Shown: piece by piece, positions 1 through 12,056 of the stretch
Layout of the letters: the number at the start of each line of letters is the position of its first letter
Position numbering within the stretch: position 1 is the first letter of the stretch
Origin: Acidobacteriota bacterium
GTDB taxonomy: Bacteria; Acidobacteriota; CAIWXX01
Reading direction: 5' to 3'
NCBI GenBank assembly: GCA_040755995.1
Contig: JBFMAF010000031.1
Coordinates: 83,108-147,107, forward strand
Length of the DNA: 64,000 nucleotides
The notes under the pieces: generated by a model
What the model saw: the letters and a program-made list of their open reading frames with translations, nothing else
Told to the model about the DNA's origin: nothing
Databases searched by the model: none
Made by a program: the position numbers and the translations under genes

Positions 1-180
1 TGCGAGCACCTGGTCCAGTTTGACCTCAACCACGTCCATCCGCCGCGCAAGCTCCACCCATCTCTCATCTTGTTCCGCATGTCTCTTCACCGCCCATGCC
101 TGAAGCGCCAAGAGCTCCGACATCTGTTTCTCAGTCGTGCTCTGCCTCGGCCTCGGCCGGCCGTTCTTCCGTGGTGGCAT
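1..180 (-). CDS. Small hypothetical protein, runs off the left edge (MPPRKNGRPRPRQSTTEKQMSELLALQAWAVKRHAEQDERWVELARRMDVVEVKLDQVLA...)
   Basis: Manual translation: ATG at 180 preceded by GGAGG; open to position 1; coiled-coil-like composition. Not in ORF track because no stop is in the window. Confidence 0.55.
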   Translation of the reverse strand, partial: MPPRKNGRPRPRQSTTEKQMSELLALQAWAVKRHAEQDERWVELARRMDVVEVKLDQVLA

Positions 181-259
181 CGTTGCCTCCTCATATGCGG
201 ATAGCGCGGAATCGCCGCGCCTGCCAGAGCGCAAGAGCGAGCGGAGCGGGCGAGAATCC

Positions 260-288
260 TTGACCCGCCCGTTCGCCTGCGTTAGCCT
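260..288 (+). promoter_or_regulatory. Putative sigma70 promoter for 359..874 / phzF
   Basis: TTGACC-17nt-TAGCCT upstream of the ATG at 359. Confidence 0.45.
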
Positions 289-358
289 AGAGACATAACG
301 GTCGAATCAGGGTACAGGAACGTGCGGCCGGACCTAGCGCACAACGGAAGGAAGACTC

Positions 359-874
359 ATGGCACTAGTCCCTTGCAGGGAATGCAAGAAAGAGATCAGC
401 ACTGACGCGCCCAACTGTCCACACTGCGGCGCGCCGTATCCAGCGAGGGCGGGCTGGCGCGGGCCGGGTTTCGAGTGGAAGTCACAGCAGACACTCTGGG
501 GGTATCCGCTCGTGCACGTCGCGTTCGGGCGCGACGCGGGTGGGCGGCTGCGGGTGGCCAAGGGGATCATCGCCATCGGCCAGTTCGGCGTTGGCCTGAT
601 CACGTTTGCTCAGATGGGCATCGGATTGCTCTTCGGCTTCGGCCAGGTGATGTTCGGACTCACAGCCCTGGCGCAGTTCGCCTTCGCTGCGTATTTCGGA
701 ATCGGACAGATCGCTACCGGCTACATCGCCATCGGCCAGGTGGTTTTCGCATACTACGGCCTGGCGCAGTCTGGATTCGCCGAGTACCTGTGGAGTGTGA
801 AGAGACGCGATCCGGAGGCCGTCGAGTTCTTCAGGCAGCTGGCAGAGAGAGTCGGGCTGGCCCTGGGCCGATGA
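359..874 (+). CDS. Zinc-ribbon membrane protein
   Basis: N-terminal CxxC-x10-CxxC (CREC...CPHC); Gly-rich hydrophobic repeats (AKGIIAIGQFGVG...). Confidence 0.8.
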   Translation: MALVPCRECKKEISTDAPNCPHCGAPYPARAGWRGPGFEWKSQQTLWGYPLVHVAFGRDAGGRLRVAKGIIAIGQFGVGLITFAQMGIGLLFGFGQVMFGLTALAQFAFAAYFGIGQIATGYIAIGQVVFAYYGLAQSGFAEYLWSVKRRDPEAVEFFRQLAERVGLALGR

Positions 875-904
875 GGCACGGGGACGCGGCCAATTGGAGG
901 TATC

Positions 905-1696
905 ATGGCACTGAAGCTGTATCAAGTTGACGCGTTTACGGATCGCGTGTTCGGCGGCAATCCGGCGGCCGTCTGCATTCTGACCGAGCCGCGTCAGGAC
1001 ACGTGGATGCAGAGCCTGGCGCAGGAGATGAACCTGTCGGAGACCGCATTTCTCTTGAAGGAACAAGATGACTACGGCCTTCGCTGGTTCACGCCCGCGG
1101 TGGAGGTGGACCTTTGCGGCCATGCCACGCTCGCGAGTGCGCACGTACTATGGGAGACGGGCATGCTCGCACCCGACGAGCTGGCGCGGTTTCACACGCG
1201 CAGCGGCCTGCTCACGGCCGGCAGACGAGGCGACTGGATCGAGATGGACTTCCCGGAAGAGCCGCCTGAGGCTGCAGATGCTCCTCTGGAGTTGGTGAAA
1301 GCTCTGGAATTGCCTCCTCGTTGGATCGGGCGAAATCGCCGCGACTACTTCGTCGAGGTGGACTCGGAAGAGGTGGTACGGAAGATGAGGCCCGACTTCG
1401 CACTCCTGGCGACCATCCCGGTCCTGGGGACCATCGTGACGAGCCGCTCCGAATCGAGAGAGTATGATTTCGTTTCGCGGTTCTTCGCCCCGAGGGCCGG
1501 GATCAACGAGGACCCTGTGACGGGATCGGCGCATTGCGCGCTGTCACCTTACTGGAGTCGCCGCCTCGACCGCACAGAGCTCGTAGGCTACCAGGCATCC
1601 GCCCGCGGAGGTGTCGTCCGCGTGAGCCACCGGTCTCCTCGCGTGATACTCGGCGGCCAGGCGATCACGGTGCTGACAGGAGAACTGGCGGCATGA
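905..1696 (+). CDS. PhzF family isomerase/epimerase
   Basis: VDAFT..FGGNPAAV, NLSETAF, EVDLCGHATLA, EDPVTGSAH motifs; GGAGG RBS. Confidence 0.95.
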   Translation: MALKLYQVDAFTDRVFGGNPAAVCILTEPRQDTWMQSLAQEMNLSETAFLLKEQDDYGLRWFTPAVEVDLCGHATLASAHVLWETGMLAPDELARFHTRSGLLTAGRRGDWIEMDFPEEPPEAADAPLELVKALELPPRWIGRNRRDYFVEVDSEEVVRKMRPDFALLATIPVLGTIVTSRSESREYDFVSRFFAPRAGINEDPVTGSAHCALSPYWSRRLDRTELVGYQASARGGVVRVSHRSPRVILGGQAITVLTGELAA

Positions 1697-1818
1697 GCGA
1701 CCTCCTGGGGCTGATCTACCAACACTGAGCTGCTCGGCATGCCGCATGACAGATCCTCTCCGTCCGGCAGCGGCCACACTCCGTTCGGGCGGACAATGCC
1801 GATCAGCTTGACACCCCA

Positions 1819-2607
1819 ATGGCTCTCTCACCCGTGATCCCAGTTCTCGCCGTCGCAGCGGCTGCCCTGACCATTCTGCTTTTCTTCCGGGTCACGCGAT
1901 ACTCCCGGGTGTTGTTCTGGGCCGCCACATGTCTGCTGCTCGCAGTGCTCTTTCATGCCGATGCGTGGAAGAGACCGATCTCATCGGACGGTTACTACTA
2001 CTACGTCTGGCTCGTGAGTGCCTGGTTTGATCATGATCTGGATCTGACTGACAACTACGGGGCCGGTGGCAATCACTATGGATTCGGCTCCACCAACACT
2101 GGCTACGCAGACAACATGTTTCCCGTGGGATGTGCTCTAATGTGGCTCCCCTTTTTCGTCGCTGGGCAGTGCCTCCGGTTGCTCCCGGGCCTTCGAGTCG
2201 ATGCCGTTGCTGGAATGAGTCTCTTGGAGCAGCGGGCCACGATGGTCGGTACGCTGGTCTATGGGATCGCAGGCCTCATTCTGCTCTTCCGTGTTTGCAA
2301 GCGAACCTCGTCGGAACGCACGGCGTTCCTATCCTTGAGTTGCTTGCTCTGGGGCACCTTCCTCGCATATTACCTGACCTCGCGGCCGTCGATGTCGGAG
2401 GGTTGCTCGTTCTTCACACAGTGCCTGTTCCTGTTCTTGGTGGTGCGGGCGCGTTCTGATGCCTCGTTGAAGGAATGCTTCGTGCTTGGCCTGGTCCTGG
2501 GCATATCGGCCGCCGTCCGCTATCACAACCTGGCCTCTCTCTGTCTCGTCGCCCCGGTCTTCGTCGGTGGTCGAAGAACACGTGGCTGGGGGGGGCCAGT
2601 CGACTAG
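1819..2607 (+). pseudogene. GT-C-fold membrane glycosyltransferase-like protein, probably C-terminally truncated
   Basis: SDGYYYY..L.S..FDHDLD, N.FP.G.ALMWLPF motifs and several TM helices; ends abruptly after VRYHN, near a G-run. Confidence 0.55.
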
Positions 2608-2959
2608 ATTGCCAATACCGACTCAGTGAAAGCCGGGACACAGGCACCCAGAAGCTCTGGATTGTCGCCGCTGATGGAGCCTGTGGACGGGTCGCGGTTG
2701 CATGGATTTCTCATGTCCGTGCTCCGCGATCACAATCGCCATTGCCTGGCGAACCGAGATAGCAGCTGACTTGGGGCGGGAGCCGTCTTCCCCGGCGGTT
2801 GAATTTGTGATGAGCATGTCGCCAGTTTCTGCTGCAGGCGGGCAGTGCTATGATGGCCGTACATGCATAGCGATCTGGAACACGATCCGGCTAGTTCGGC
2901 ATCCACGCGGGGCGGGAACGGATCCTCTCCGGCCGAGATAGCCGGCATTGGGAAGGTCG

Positions 2960-3073
2960 AGCGGCAACAAGGGCGAAGCGCTCCGTGGCTACCGCAAGTG
3001 CATTGAGGCGAACCGGTACACGGACCTGGCGAAGCGGGCCCAATCTGCAATCAGGGTTCTGGCCGCACACTAG
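2960..3073 (+). pseudogene. Remnant of a TPR-like C-terminus
   Basis: Manual translation SGNKGEALRGYRKCIEANRYTDLAKRAQSAIRVLAAH*; no convincing start. Confidence 0.3.
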
Positions 3074-3164
3074 CCGCAGGAGCCGTAGCTCCTCGCCGCC
3101 CAATCGAGTGACACTGCAACGACCGGCTACGGCGAGCCGATAGCGCCTCGCCCTTACGCGTAGG

Positions 3165-3584
3165 TCATCCATTCCTACGGCCGGCATGCTCGAAGACTCC
3201 GAGAGCTGAATGGTATGGAATGCCCAATTTCAGGCGAATCAGCTCGGATAGTGAAACATGCTCCTGCTCAGCCTCCCTCTTCAGCGCCGCGTGAAGACTT
3301 CGAGGGACAACCACTGTCAGTCGCCCGGAGAGACATTGAACCTCCTTCGCGAAGCTCTTGGCATCCCGAGCCCGGAGCTTGCTGTGCTCCTTCTCGAGCC
3401 ACCTGTACAGCTCGGACTCAACCAAAGCCCTCCGTTCGGCCTCCGTGGTCCATAGCTGTCGCAACAGCCCTTCTGGTCCGAAGAATCGTGCCGAGAAGCC
3501 TGTTGCTGTGGTGCCCTCTCGCACCATCTCCAAGGCTTCCGAATAGATCTTCTTTTCAGTGGTCCCCAGTTGTTTGACATTCAT
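3165..3584 (-). CDS. HicB-like antitoxin with C-terminal ribbon-helix-helix domain
   Basis: C-terminal SGRLTVVVPRSLHAALKREAEQEHVSLSELIRLKL fits the HicB/RHH pattern; start MNVKQ at 3584, just after the upstream gene's stop. Confidence 0.75.
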   Translation of the reverse strand: MNVKQLGTTEKKIYSEALEMVREGTTATGFSARFFGPEGLLRQLWTTEAERRALVESELYRWLEKEHSKLRARDAKSFAKEVQCLSGRLTVVVPRSLHAALKREAEQEHVSLSELIRLKLGIPYHSALGVFEHAGRRNG

Positions 3585-3597
3585 ACGAAACCCCCAC

Positions 3598-3909
3598 TCA
3601 TATGAGGCGCATGTCGACGTTGTGCTCAATCTCCAAGTAGATTGATTCCTGGGTTGTCCTGGATTTGAACCGCCACAGAATACCCTCCAGCTCCGGTATG
3701 CATTCCTCATCCAATACGATCCAATACGCCGCACTCACGTCCATCTTGCGATCCCCAGTTTGCATCTTCCAAGCTCCCGTGAAGTATCCGGCATGTGTCC
3801 ACGCTCCAAATGCGGCGAAGCACTCGCGTTCGACTTGGACGATCTCCGATGACAAGTCACGTCCGTCGTTGTCTTTCACCGGGAGGAAGAACGTCGCCTT
3901 CACTCTCAT
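3598..3909 (-). CDS. Small hypothetical protein (LP.KDNDG motif), candidate toxin partner of the HicB-like gene
   Basis: 103 aa alpha/beta protein directly upstream of the RHH gene; promoter immediately before the ATG. Confidence 0.7.
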   Translation of the reverse strand: MRVKATFFLPVKDNDGRDLSSEIVQVERECFAAFGAWTHAGYFTGAWKMQTGDRKMDVSAAYWIVLDEECIPELEGILWRFKSRTTQESIYLEIEHNVDMRLI

Positions 3910-3945
3910 ACCACTATATGTACCACTGAATACGCCATTAGTCAA
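3909..3945 (-). promoter_or_regulatory. Leaderless sigma70 promoter overlapped by AGTGGTA direct repeats (candidate RHH operator)
   Basis: Minus strand TTGACT-17-TACATA (with extended TG), 7 nt before ATG 3909; plus strand TACCACT at 3909-3915 and 3921-3927. Confidence 0.55.
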
Positions 3946-4144
3946 GGATGCCATGCTTGTCGGCCGTGGTTCACTGAATCGCGAAGTCGCTCATGGCCTC
4001 GCGACATTCCTTTTGGACGTCAGTCAAGCTCAGATCCTGGTAGATGCTCAGGGTTTCCCGGTTCTTGTGGCCACTGATGAGCTGGATCTTCGCATCCGCG
4101 ACGCCGTATCGTCAGTGTTCGGTCGTGAGACACTGGAGTCCGCA

Positions 4145-4291
4145 ATGGAATCCGATGACGAGAGGATACAGCTGATCAAGACGCTCGAGAGAAACCGATG
4201 GAACAAGGCCCGCACGGCGCGCGAGCTCAAGATAACGGTTCAGGGACTCTGGAAGAGGATGAAGCGGCTTGGTGTCCGCAATCCGGATTGA
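4145..4291 (+). pseudogene. Isolated Fis-type HTH (C-terminus of a sigma54/NtrC-type regulator)
   Basis: ERIQLIKTLERNRWNKARTARELKITVQGLWKRMKRLG is a typical HTH_8; no AAA+ domain upstream. Confidence 0.6.
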
Positions 4292-4556
4292 GCGTTCGCT
4301 CGGCGATCATCGTGCCGAGGAGCAGCTCTACCCTGCCTTGGCGCAGATGGAGCGTGCTTTGCGCCGCCTGACCGAACATCTCCTCCGGCGCCAACGCTCC
4401 ACCTGACGAGCCCGTCAGACCAAGAATCGCCTCCCACTCGAGAAAGAGACGGAACCCGGGCCGCTGCAGCTCTTCCTCTGCGATCATCGCGCTTGACACA
4501 CGCACCGTCCGCGGTGATATGAATAGGCGCAGGTGAGACTGCTAGGAAAGGTTGAC

Positions 4557-5789
4557 ATGAAGCTATCAAGGCGCGCCATCAAGATGCCCGCTTCTCCGAT
4601 TCGCAAACTGCACCCTCTGGCTGTCGCGGCCAAGAAGAAAGGCGTCGATGTCATTCATCTGAACATCGGCCAGCCGGACCTCGCGACACCACGGCAGTTC
4701 TTCGAAACAGCCGCGCAGTATCCGTCCCCGGTTCTCGCGTACAGCCCGTCTCAAGGCATTCCCGAATTCATCGACGGCCTTATTCAATACTACAAGCAGT
4801 GCGAAATGCACGTCGAGCCGAGCCAGGTGCTGGCCACGATCGGTGGCAGCGAGGCGATCGTCATGGCGCTGCTCGCGGTGGCCAACCCCGGCGAGCGCGT
4901 GCTCTGCTTCGAGCCCTTCTACACCAACTACTACTCGCTGGCGCTCACGATCGGCGTCCGCGTCGACGTCTGCTCCACCAGCATCCACGACGGCTTCCGC
5001 CTGCCGAGCGAAGACGTGATCCGCACTGCGCTGACTCCCAAGACTCGCGCCATCCTCTTCTGCAACCCGAACAATCCGACCGGCACCGTGCTGACTTGCG
5101 GCGAGATAGACATGCTCACGCGGATCGTCAAGGACAAAGACATATTCCTGATTGCAGACGAGGTCTACCGCGAGTTCTGCTACGACCGCCCGTTCGTCTC
5201 GATCTGGCACCAGCAGGGGCTCGATGACCGGTTGATCCTGGTGGATTCGCTGTCGAAGCGATTCTCGGCCTGCGGCGCGAGGCTCGGGAGCATCCTCACG
5301 CGCAACGAGCAGCTCCAGCAGACGTTCCTCCGGATCGGGCAGGCACGGCTCTCGGCCGGCACTTTCGACCAGTACGCCGCAGTCCCGTTCTTGTCCCTCG
5401 AACGCGACTACTATGCGGGCGTCATCGAAGAGTATCGCCGCCGCCGCGACGTGCTGGTGGATGGGTTGCTGCGCATCCCCGGTGTTGCGACGCGCAAGCC
5501 CGAAGGCGCTTTCTATCTACTGGCCGAGCTCCCGATCGACGACAGCAACCGGTTCTGCGCCTGGCTCCTAACGCATTTCCAGTACCAGGGCGCGACCGTG
5601 ATGCTGGCGCCGGCCGACGGATTCTACCTCACCCGCGGCAAGGGCAAGCGCGAAGTGCGGCTCGCTTACGTCGTCAACGTCGACCGCCTGCGGGTGGCCC
5701 TGTCGATTCTGGAGAAGGCGCTCGAAGTCTACCCGGGCCGCGTCAAGCCGAGCGTCGCAGAGAAAGAGCTGGAACCCGTCGGCGCATAG
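4557..5789 (+). CDS. PLP-dependent class I/II aminotransferase (aspartate aminotransferase-like)
   Basis: LNIGQPD, CNPNNPTG, ADEVYREF, DSLSKRFSACGARLG (PLP lysine). Confidence 0.95.
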   Translation: MKLSRRAIKMPASPIRKLHPLAVAAKKKGVDVIHLNIGQPDLATPRQFFETAAQYPSPVLAYSPSQGIPEFIDGLIQYYKQCEMHVEPSQVLATIGGSEAIVMALLAVANPGERVLCFEPFYTNYYSLALTIGVRVDVCSTSIHDGFRLPSEDVIRTALTPKTRAILFCNPNNPTGTVLTCGEIDMLTRIVKDKDIFLIADEVYREFCYDRPFVSIWHQQGLDDRLILVDSLSKRFSACGARLGSILTRNEQLQQTFLRIGQARLSAGTFDQYAAVPFLSLERDYYAGVIEEYRRRRDVLVDGLLRIPGVATRKPEGAFYLLAELPIDDSNRFCAWLLTHFQYQGATVMLAPADGFYLTRGKGKREVRLAYVVNVDRLRVALSILEKALEVYPGRVKPSVAEKELEPVGA

Positions 5790-5900
5790 CTGCGGCCTCA
5801 ACGCTCCTCGGGCGGTCTTTCGACTCGAGTCCTCACCGCGTCTCCCCGTCGGCTATGACGATCGCCCGAATGCCCCCTGAGGCGCCGACAACTGAACGAT

Positions 5901-5936
5901 AAAGGGAGGGGGCGAGCGCGATGCTCGCCCTCCCTT
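5901..5936 (-). terminator. Rho-independent terminator after hppA
   Basis: AAGGGAGGGGGCGAGC / GCTCGCCCTCCCTT stem followed by T residues on the minus strand. Confidence 0.65.
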
Positions 5937-5959
5937 GCTGTGAACTCGGTAGCCCGTCG

Positions 5960-8203
<2,244 letters not shown>

Positions 8204-8309
8204 TTATTCGTGCTCCTCCTCCCTATATGGTTATGAGCGAATTAGGGTCGTTCTTCTCAGAGGTCTTCCCACGAGTTCGGCTTTCTATGAATGCCCAAAC
8301 GGAAGCGGC

Positions 8310-8345
8310 AGTATAAACAAAGGCAGCTTGCGAAATCAAGCTGCC
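8310..8345 (-). promoter_or_regulatory. Putative hppA promoter overlapped by a perfect palindrome
   Basis: Minus strand TTGATT-18-TATACT; GGCAGCTTG-N6-CAAGCTGCC at 8322-8345. Confidence 0.55.
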
Positions 8346-8526
8346 GTGAACCGCCAAACCGCCGGCGCGGGCGGTGCCTGGTGGCGGCTGAGGGGCGGCT
8401 CTGGCCCTCGGGCCCGGAGCCCCTATGAGGTGGCGGGCTCCGGGATTAGAATGGCCGGGAACATCAGTGCTGGACGCGCTCATCGGGGATAGGATGGCGG
8501 GAATCGGCAGGGAGGTACTTGGCGTA

Positions 8527-9125
8527 ATGGAGGGGCAACGATCGCGCCGGCTGCGTTGCGTGCGCTGCGCCCGGAATCCGATAGTCCGGCCGGGAATGTT
8601 TACTACAGCCGTGGCAAACGTCAACGGACCCAGTCTCATCCAGGCGCCTCCGTGGCAACCGAGGCCGCTGGCGGCCTACTACTTGTACTTCGCTCATCAG
8701 CAGGGCACATTGATCGAGCTGTCGGTGGCGGACACGATCGAGGGGCCGTGGCGCGTTCACGCGCCCGGTGTACTGAGGCTCCACGAGACGCCCTGCCGCC
8801 GCCACATCGCCTCACCGGACGTACACCTGGATCTCCGCAGACACAAGGTGTACCTCTATTTCCACGGGGACACGCCGGACGGCCAGCGCACATTTCTGGC
8901 CGTGTCCTTCGACGGGCTTCATTTCACCGTTCATCCTGCGGTCCTCGGACCGCCGTACTTCCGGGCGTTCCAGCATGATAGCAGCGTGTACGCAGTCGCC
9001 AGAGGAGATGAAGGACCGCGAGTGCTCAGGTCAAGAGACTGGACCGGTCCGTTCACACCGGGACCGCGTCTGCTGCCGCGCGCACGCCACACCTCGGTCG
9101 ACGTGGATGGCGACGTCCTCATGCT
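8527..9125 (+). pseudogene. Five-bladed beta-propeller (GH43/32-like) hypothetical protein, truncated; the frame then reads through into unrelated sequence
   Basis: NPIVRP, NVNGPSLI, YYLYFAH, HIASPDV, YLYFHG, S.DGLHF, ARHTSV motifs; protein-like character is lost after about 9125 and the ORF runs antisense-like over the MFS start. Confidence 0.55.
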
Positions 9126-9370
9126 AGAGCGGCTCGGTGTCGAGGATGGTCGCCCGTTCACTCTTGCAGGGTGTCGGCATCGGGCGCATCACACTCGGCC
9201 AGCGTGCCTGCGAGCCGTTCGGCCAGCGGCCGGCCCGCTCGGAGGCTTTCAGTCCGCCGATCTTATCGAACTCGATTTCTTCTCTACCGAGTCGGCTTCA
9301 CCTCACGCGTGCACTTGGGTTAGGATGTGGCGCAACGACGGCGTGATCGCCGCGATTCAGGAGGGAGCAC

Positions 9371-10651
9371 ATGGTCGAGACGGGAAGACAACACTCGGGT
9401 TCAACCACCATGGCCAGCGTTGTCGGCAACGCTCTGGAGTGGTACGACTTCGCGGTGTTCGGCTACCTGGCTCCGGTCATCGGCCAGCTCTTCTTCCCCT
9501 CCGACGACCCGATGGGCGCGCTCATCAGCGCATTCGGAGCCTTCGCAGCGGGGTACATCGTGCGCCCGATCGGCGGCGTTATCTTCGGCCAGATCGGGGA
9601 CCGGCTCGGCAGGAAGAAGGCCCTGCTGCTTTCGGTGGTGATGATGGGCATCCCCACGGCTCTGGTGGGGTGCCTGCCGACGCACGCCCAGGTGGGCATT
9701 CTCGCCGGCATCTTGCTCGTCATCTTGAGGATCATCCAAGGTGTGTCGGTCGGTGGTGAGCTCATAGGCTCGGTCGCCTACCTGGTAGAGATGGCGCCGC
9801 CCGGCCGTCGAGGCTACTACGGGAGCTACTCCATGGTCACGGCGGTCGGAGGTGTGCTGCTCGGGTCGGGCGCCGGCAGCATCCTCAGCGGCGTCCTCTC
9901 GCCGCAGCAGGTGCAGGCCTGGGGATGGCGGATTCCATTCCTGCTGGGATTGGTCATCTGCGCGATAGGGGCATGGATGCGGCGCGACCTGCAGGAGACG
10001 CCCGATTTTATCGAGGCGGCGCGAACGGGGCGGACTCACCGCATACCGGCGGCCGAGGCACTCCGCAAGCACCCGTGGCGGATCTTGCAGGTGACCGCAA
10101 TGAACGCGATCATGGGGAGCGCCTTCTATGTGCTGTTCCTCTGGATGCCGACATACACGTCCAAGATCCTCCCACACCCGCTCCACCACGGCCTCTTGCT
10201 GAACACCATTTCAATGGCGATCCTGGTGTCGTGCATGCCGCCGGCCGGATGGCTTTCGGACAGGATCGGGAGGAAGCGGGTACTTCTGAGCGGTGTGGTC
10301 GGAATCGCATTCAGCGTCTATCCGCTCTTTCGGCTCATCGAGGACGGCAGCGTACCGGGCACGCTGCTTGCACAGTGCGTCTTTGCAGTGGTCGTTGCCG
10401 CCCTCTACGGGGTCATGCCGGTTTCCGTTATGGAGCTTTTTCCGGCCGCCATCCGGTTTAGCGCGGTGGCCGTAGGGTACAATGTGGCATTCGCTCTGTT
10501 CTGCGGCACAGCGCCGATGGTGAGCACCTGGCTCATCCACAGAACGGGGATTCTCACGGCACCAGCCTTTTACCTGATGGCGCTGGCGATCGTCGCCCTG
10601 CCTGCGTACCTGGCCCTGCGCGAGGCGGGTGCCGATCATAGTGGCGAGTGA
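9371..10651 (+). CDS. MFS metabolite:H+ symporter (ProP/proline-betaine family)
   Basis: GNALEWYDFAVFG, RPIGGVIFGQIGDRLGRK, QGVSVGGE, WGWRIPF; about 12 TM helices. Confidence 0.93.
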   Translation: MVETGRQHSGSTTMASVVGNALEWYDFAVFGYLAPVIGQLFFPSDDPMGALISAFGAFAAGYIVRPIGGVIFGQIGDRLGRKKALLLSVVMMGIPTALVGCLPTHAQVGILAGILLVILRIIQGVSVGGELIGSVAYLVEMAPPGRRGYYGSYSMVTAVGGVLLGSGAGSILSGVLSPQQVQAWGWRIPFLLGLVICAIGAWMRRDLQETPDFIEAARTGRTHRIPAAEALRKHPWRILQVTAMNAIMGSAFYVLFLWMPTYTSKILPHPLHHGLLLNTISMAILVSCMPPAGWLSDRIGRKRVLLSGVVGIAFSVYPLFRLIEDGSVPGTLLAQCVFAVVVAALYGVMPVSVMELFPAAIRFSAVAVGYNVAFALFCGTAPMVSTWLIHRTGILTAPAFYLMALAIVALPAYLALREAGADHSGE

Positions 10652-10735
10652 GTCCCGCGGCTGCAGCGCTCCACGATCCCGTGATTCATCCCTGCGTGCA
10701 CAGACTTGCCGCGTCGCCACCGGGGTCGCGGTGGA

Positions 10736-11491
10736 TTACATGCTGAGGACGAAGACCACCCCTCCTGATCCCGGCCCGGCGTAGGGGAAGAACGAAAGCC
10801 TGGATGCCGTATTCGACTGAGTCCGCAGGGCGGTGCGAGCAGTCAAGTACCCGAGCGTAGCGCCGAAAATCACGTCGCTCAGGTAGTGCTTGCCCAGTTC
10901 TACCCGTGACCAGCTCACCAGGCCGGCGAAAACGTAAGCCGGGACGGAGAGCTTGTATCCGTAGTAGTGGTGAACCACGGTCGCGAACATGAAGGTGGTA
11001 GCAGCATGGCCCGAGGGAAACGAATAGTCCTCCCCGTTGGGCCGGGTTCGGTCCACGGCCAGCTTCAGGCTTCTGTAAATAACCTCGTCCATGATGACGG
11101 CCTGCCCCAGCGTGAAGCTGAAGGCGCGGAATCTATCGTTCTGCGTGAAGGGTGCGGCGATCACGCACGCCCCGATCAGTGAGCTCATGACAACCGGCCC
11201 ACCCGCGATTTGGCCTGCCTCACCGAACCCCTCGGAGTCCCCCGCCACAGCGTCACTGATCGACTGATCATAGTTGTATGCTAAAGCGGTGCCGACACCG
11301 CCGATGAAGAGTGGAGGCAGGTTGTCGGAGGTAAACAGCCCACAGGTGAAATTGTGTCCGAGTGTGGGAAGGAACTTGCGAAAATCGGTTTCCCCCCAGT
11401 CCGGCTTTCTCCCGGAGCCCTCATCGGCGGCGGCGGGGCATACTATGAACAGAAGCGTGACCACATGGAGCAACCCCGTGAAACGACTCAT
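10736..11491 (-). CDS. PAP2 family phosphatase
   Basis: K-x6-RP (KLAVDRTRP), SFPSGH, SR-x5-H-x2-D (SRVELGKHYLSD); signal peptide. Confidence 0.92.
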   Translation of the reverse strand: MSRFTGLLHVVTLLFIVCPAAADEGSGRKPDWGETDFRKFLPTLGHNFTCGLFTSDNLPPLFIGGVGTALAYNYDQSISDAVAGDSEGFGEAGQIAGGPVVMSSLIGACVIAAPFTQNDRFRAFSFTLGQAVIMDEVIYRSLKLAVDRTRPNGEDYSFPSGHAATTFMFATVVHHYYGYKLSVPAYVFAGLVSWSRVELGKHYLSDVIFGATLGYLTARTALRTQSNTASRLSFFPYAGPGSGGVVFVLSM

Positions 11492-11639
11492 CCGCCCTCC
11501 ACATCAGCTGGAATCCAACTACGCTGCAAGACGCGCACTCTGCTCATGATCGCGAATCGTGAGGCAAGGCGCAACCCCTCGTAGAAGGCTCGATACGACG
11601 TGCGCGCAAGCCAGCCGCGGCTGGCTGCTCCGATCGCGA

Positions 11640-11797
11640 CCCTGCGTTCATGAACTACGTCAGGGCGTGGCTCGAGCTGAAGAGAGGCGACGGAACCGTC
11701 CAATCCCTTTATGATCACGGGATTTGGGATAAGGACGTCCAAAGACGCGTCCCCTCGCTGGTGTGTGATCTGCCACGTATTCCACTGGACAGATTGA
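11640..11797 (+). pseudogene. Frameshifted C-terminal remnant resembling dicarboxylate-symporter / substrate-binding-domain fusion proteins
   Basis: FMNYVRAWLELKRGDGTVQSLYDH, then after a frame change PRWCVICHVFHWTD*; family recalled from memory. Confidence 0.45.
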
Positions 11798-11840
11798 CGG
11801 CCTGCGGCGCACTCAGGCACACAGGTGCCGTTCGAGCGAC

Positions 11841-12053
11841 CTATGCGCTCCGGGAGACCTTTGGCGAGCCGGTCTCCATCTGCAGCCGCGCTTCTGCTTC
11901 CGTGCTCGCCGAAGCAAAGGACACCTTCCGTTGCGGGTTCTTCTGCTCGGCCTGCTTGAGGGCTTCGCACATCGCAGCGATTTCGAATCGGTACTTCGCG
12001 GCAAACGCTTGGCGCGCACGCCGCGTCTCCTCAACGATCTCGTCGTCCCACAT
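11841..12053 (-). CDS. Small hypothetical protein, usual downstream partner of this PIN family
   Basis: MWDDEIVEETRRARQAFAAKYRFEI pattern; 3 nt after the PIN gene's stop. Confidence 0.75.
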   Translation of the reverse strand: MWDDEIVEETRRARQAFAAKYRFEIAAMCEALKQAEQKNPQRKVSFASASTEAEARLQMETGSPKVSRSA

Positions 12054-12056
12054 TTC

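Noticed and set aside
4493..4523. Sigma70 promoter for the aminotransferase (TTGACA...TATGAA)
   Set aside because: Perfect -35, but 19-nt spacing to a weak -10; too uncertain to list
8425..9759. 444-aa ORF as one intact protein
   Set aside because: Only about 8527-9125 looks protein-like; the rest is read-through overlapping the MFS gene in another frame
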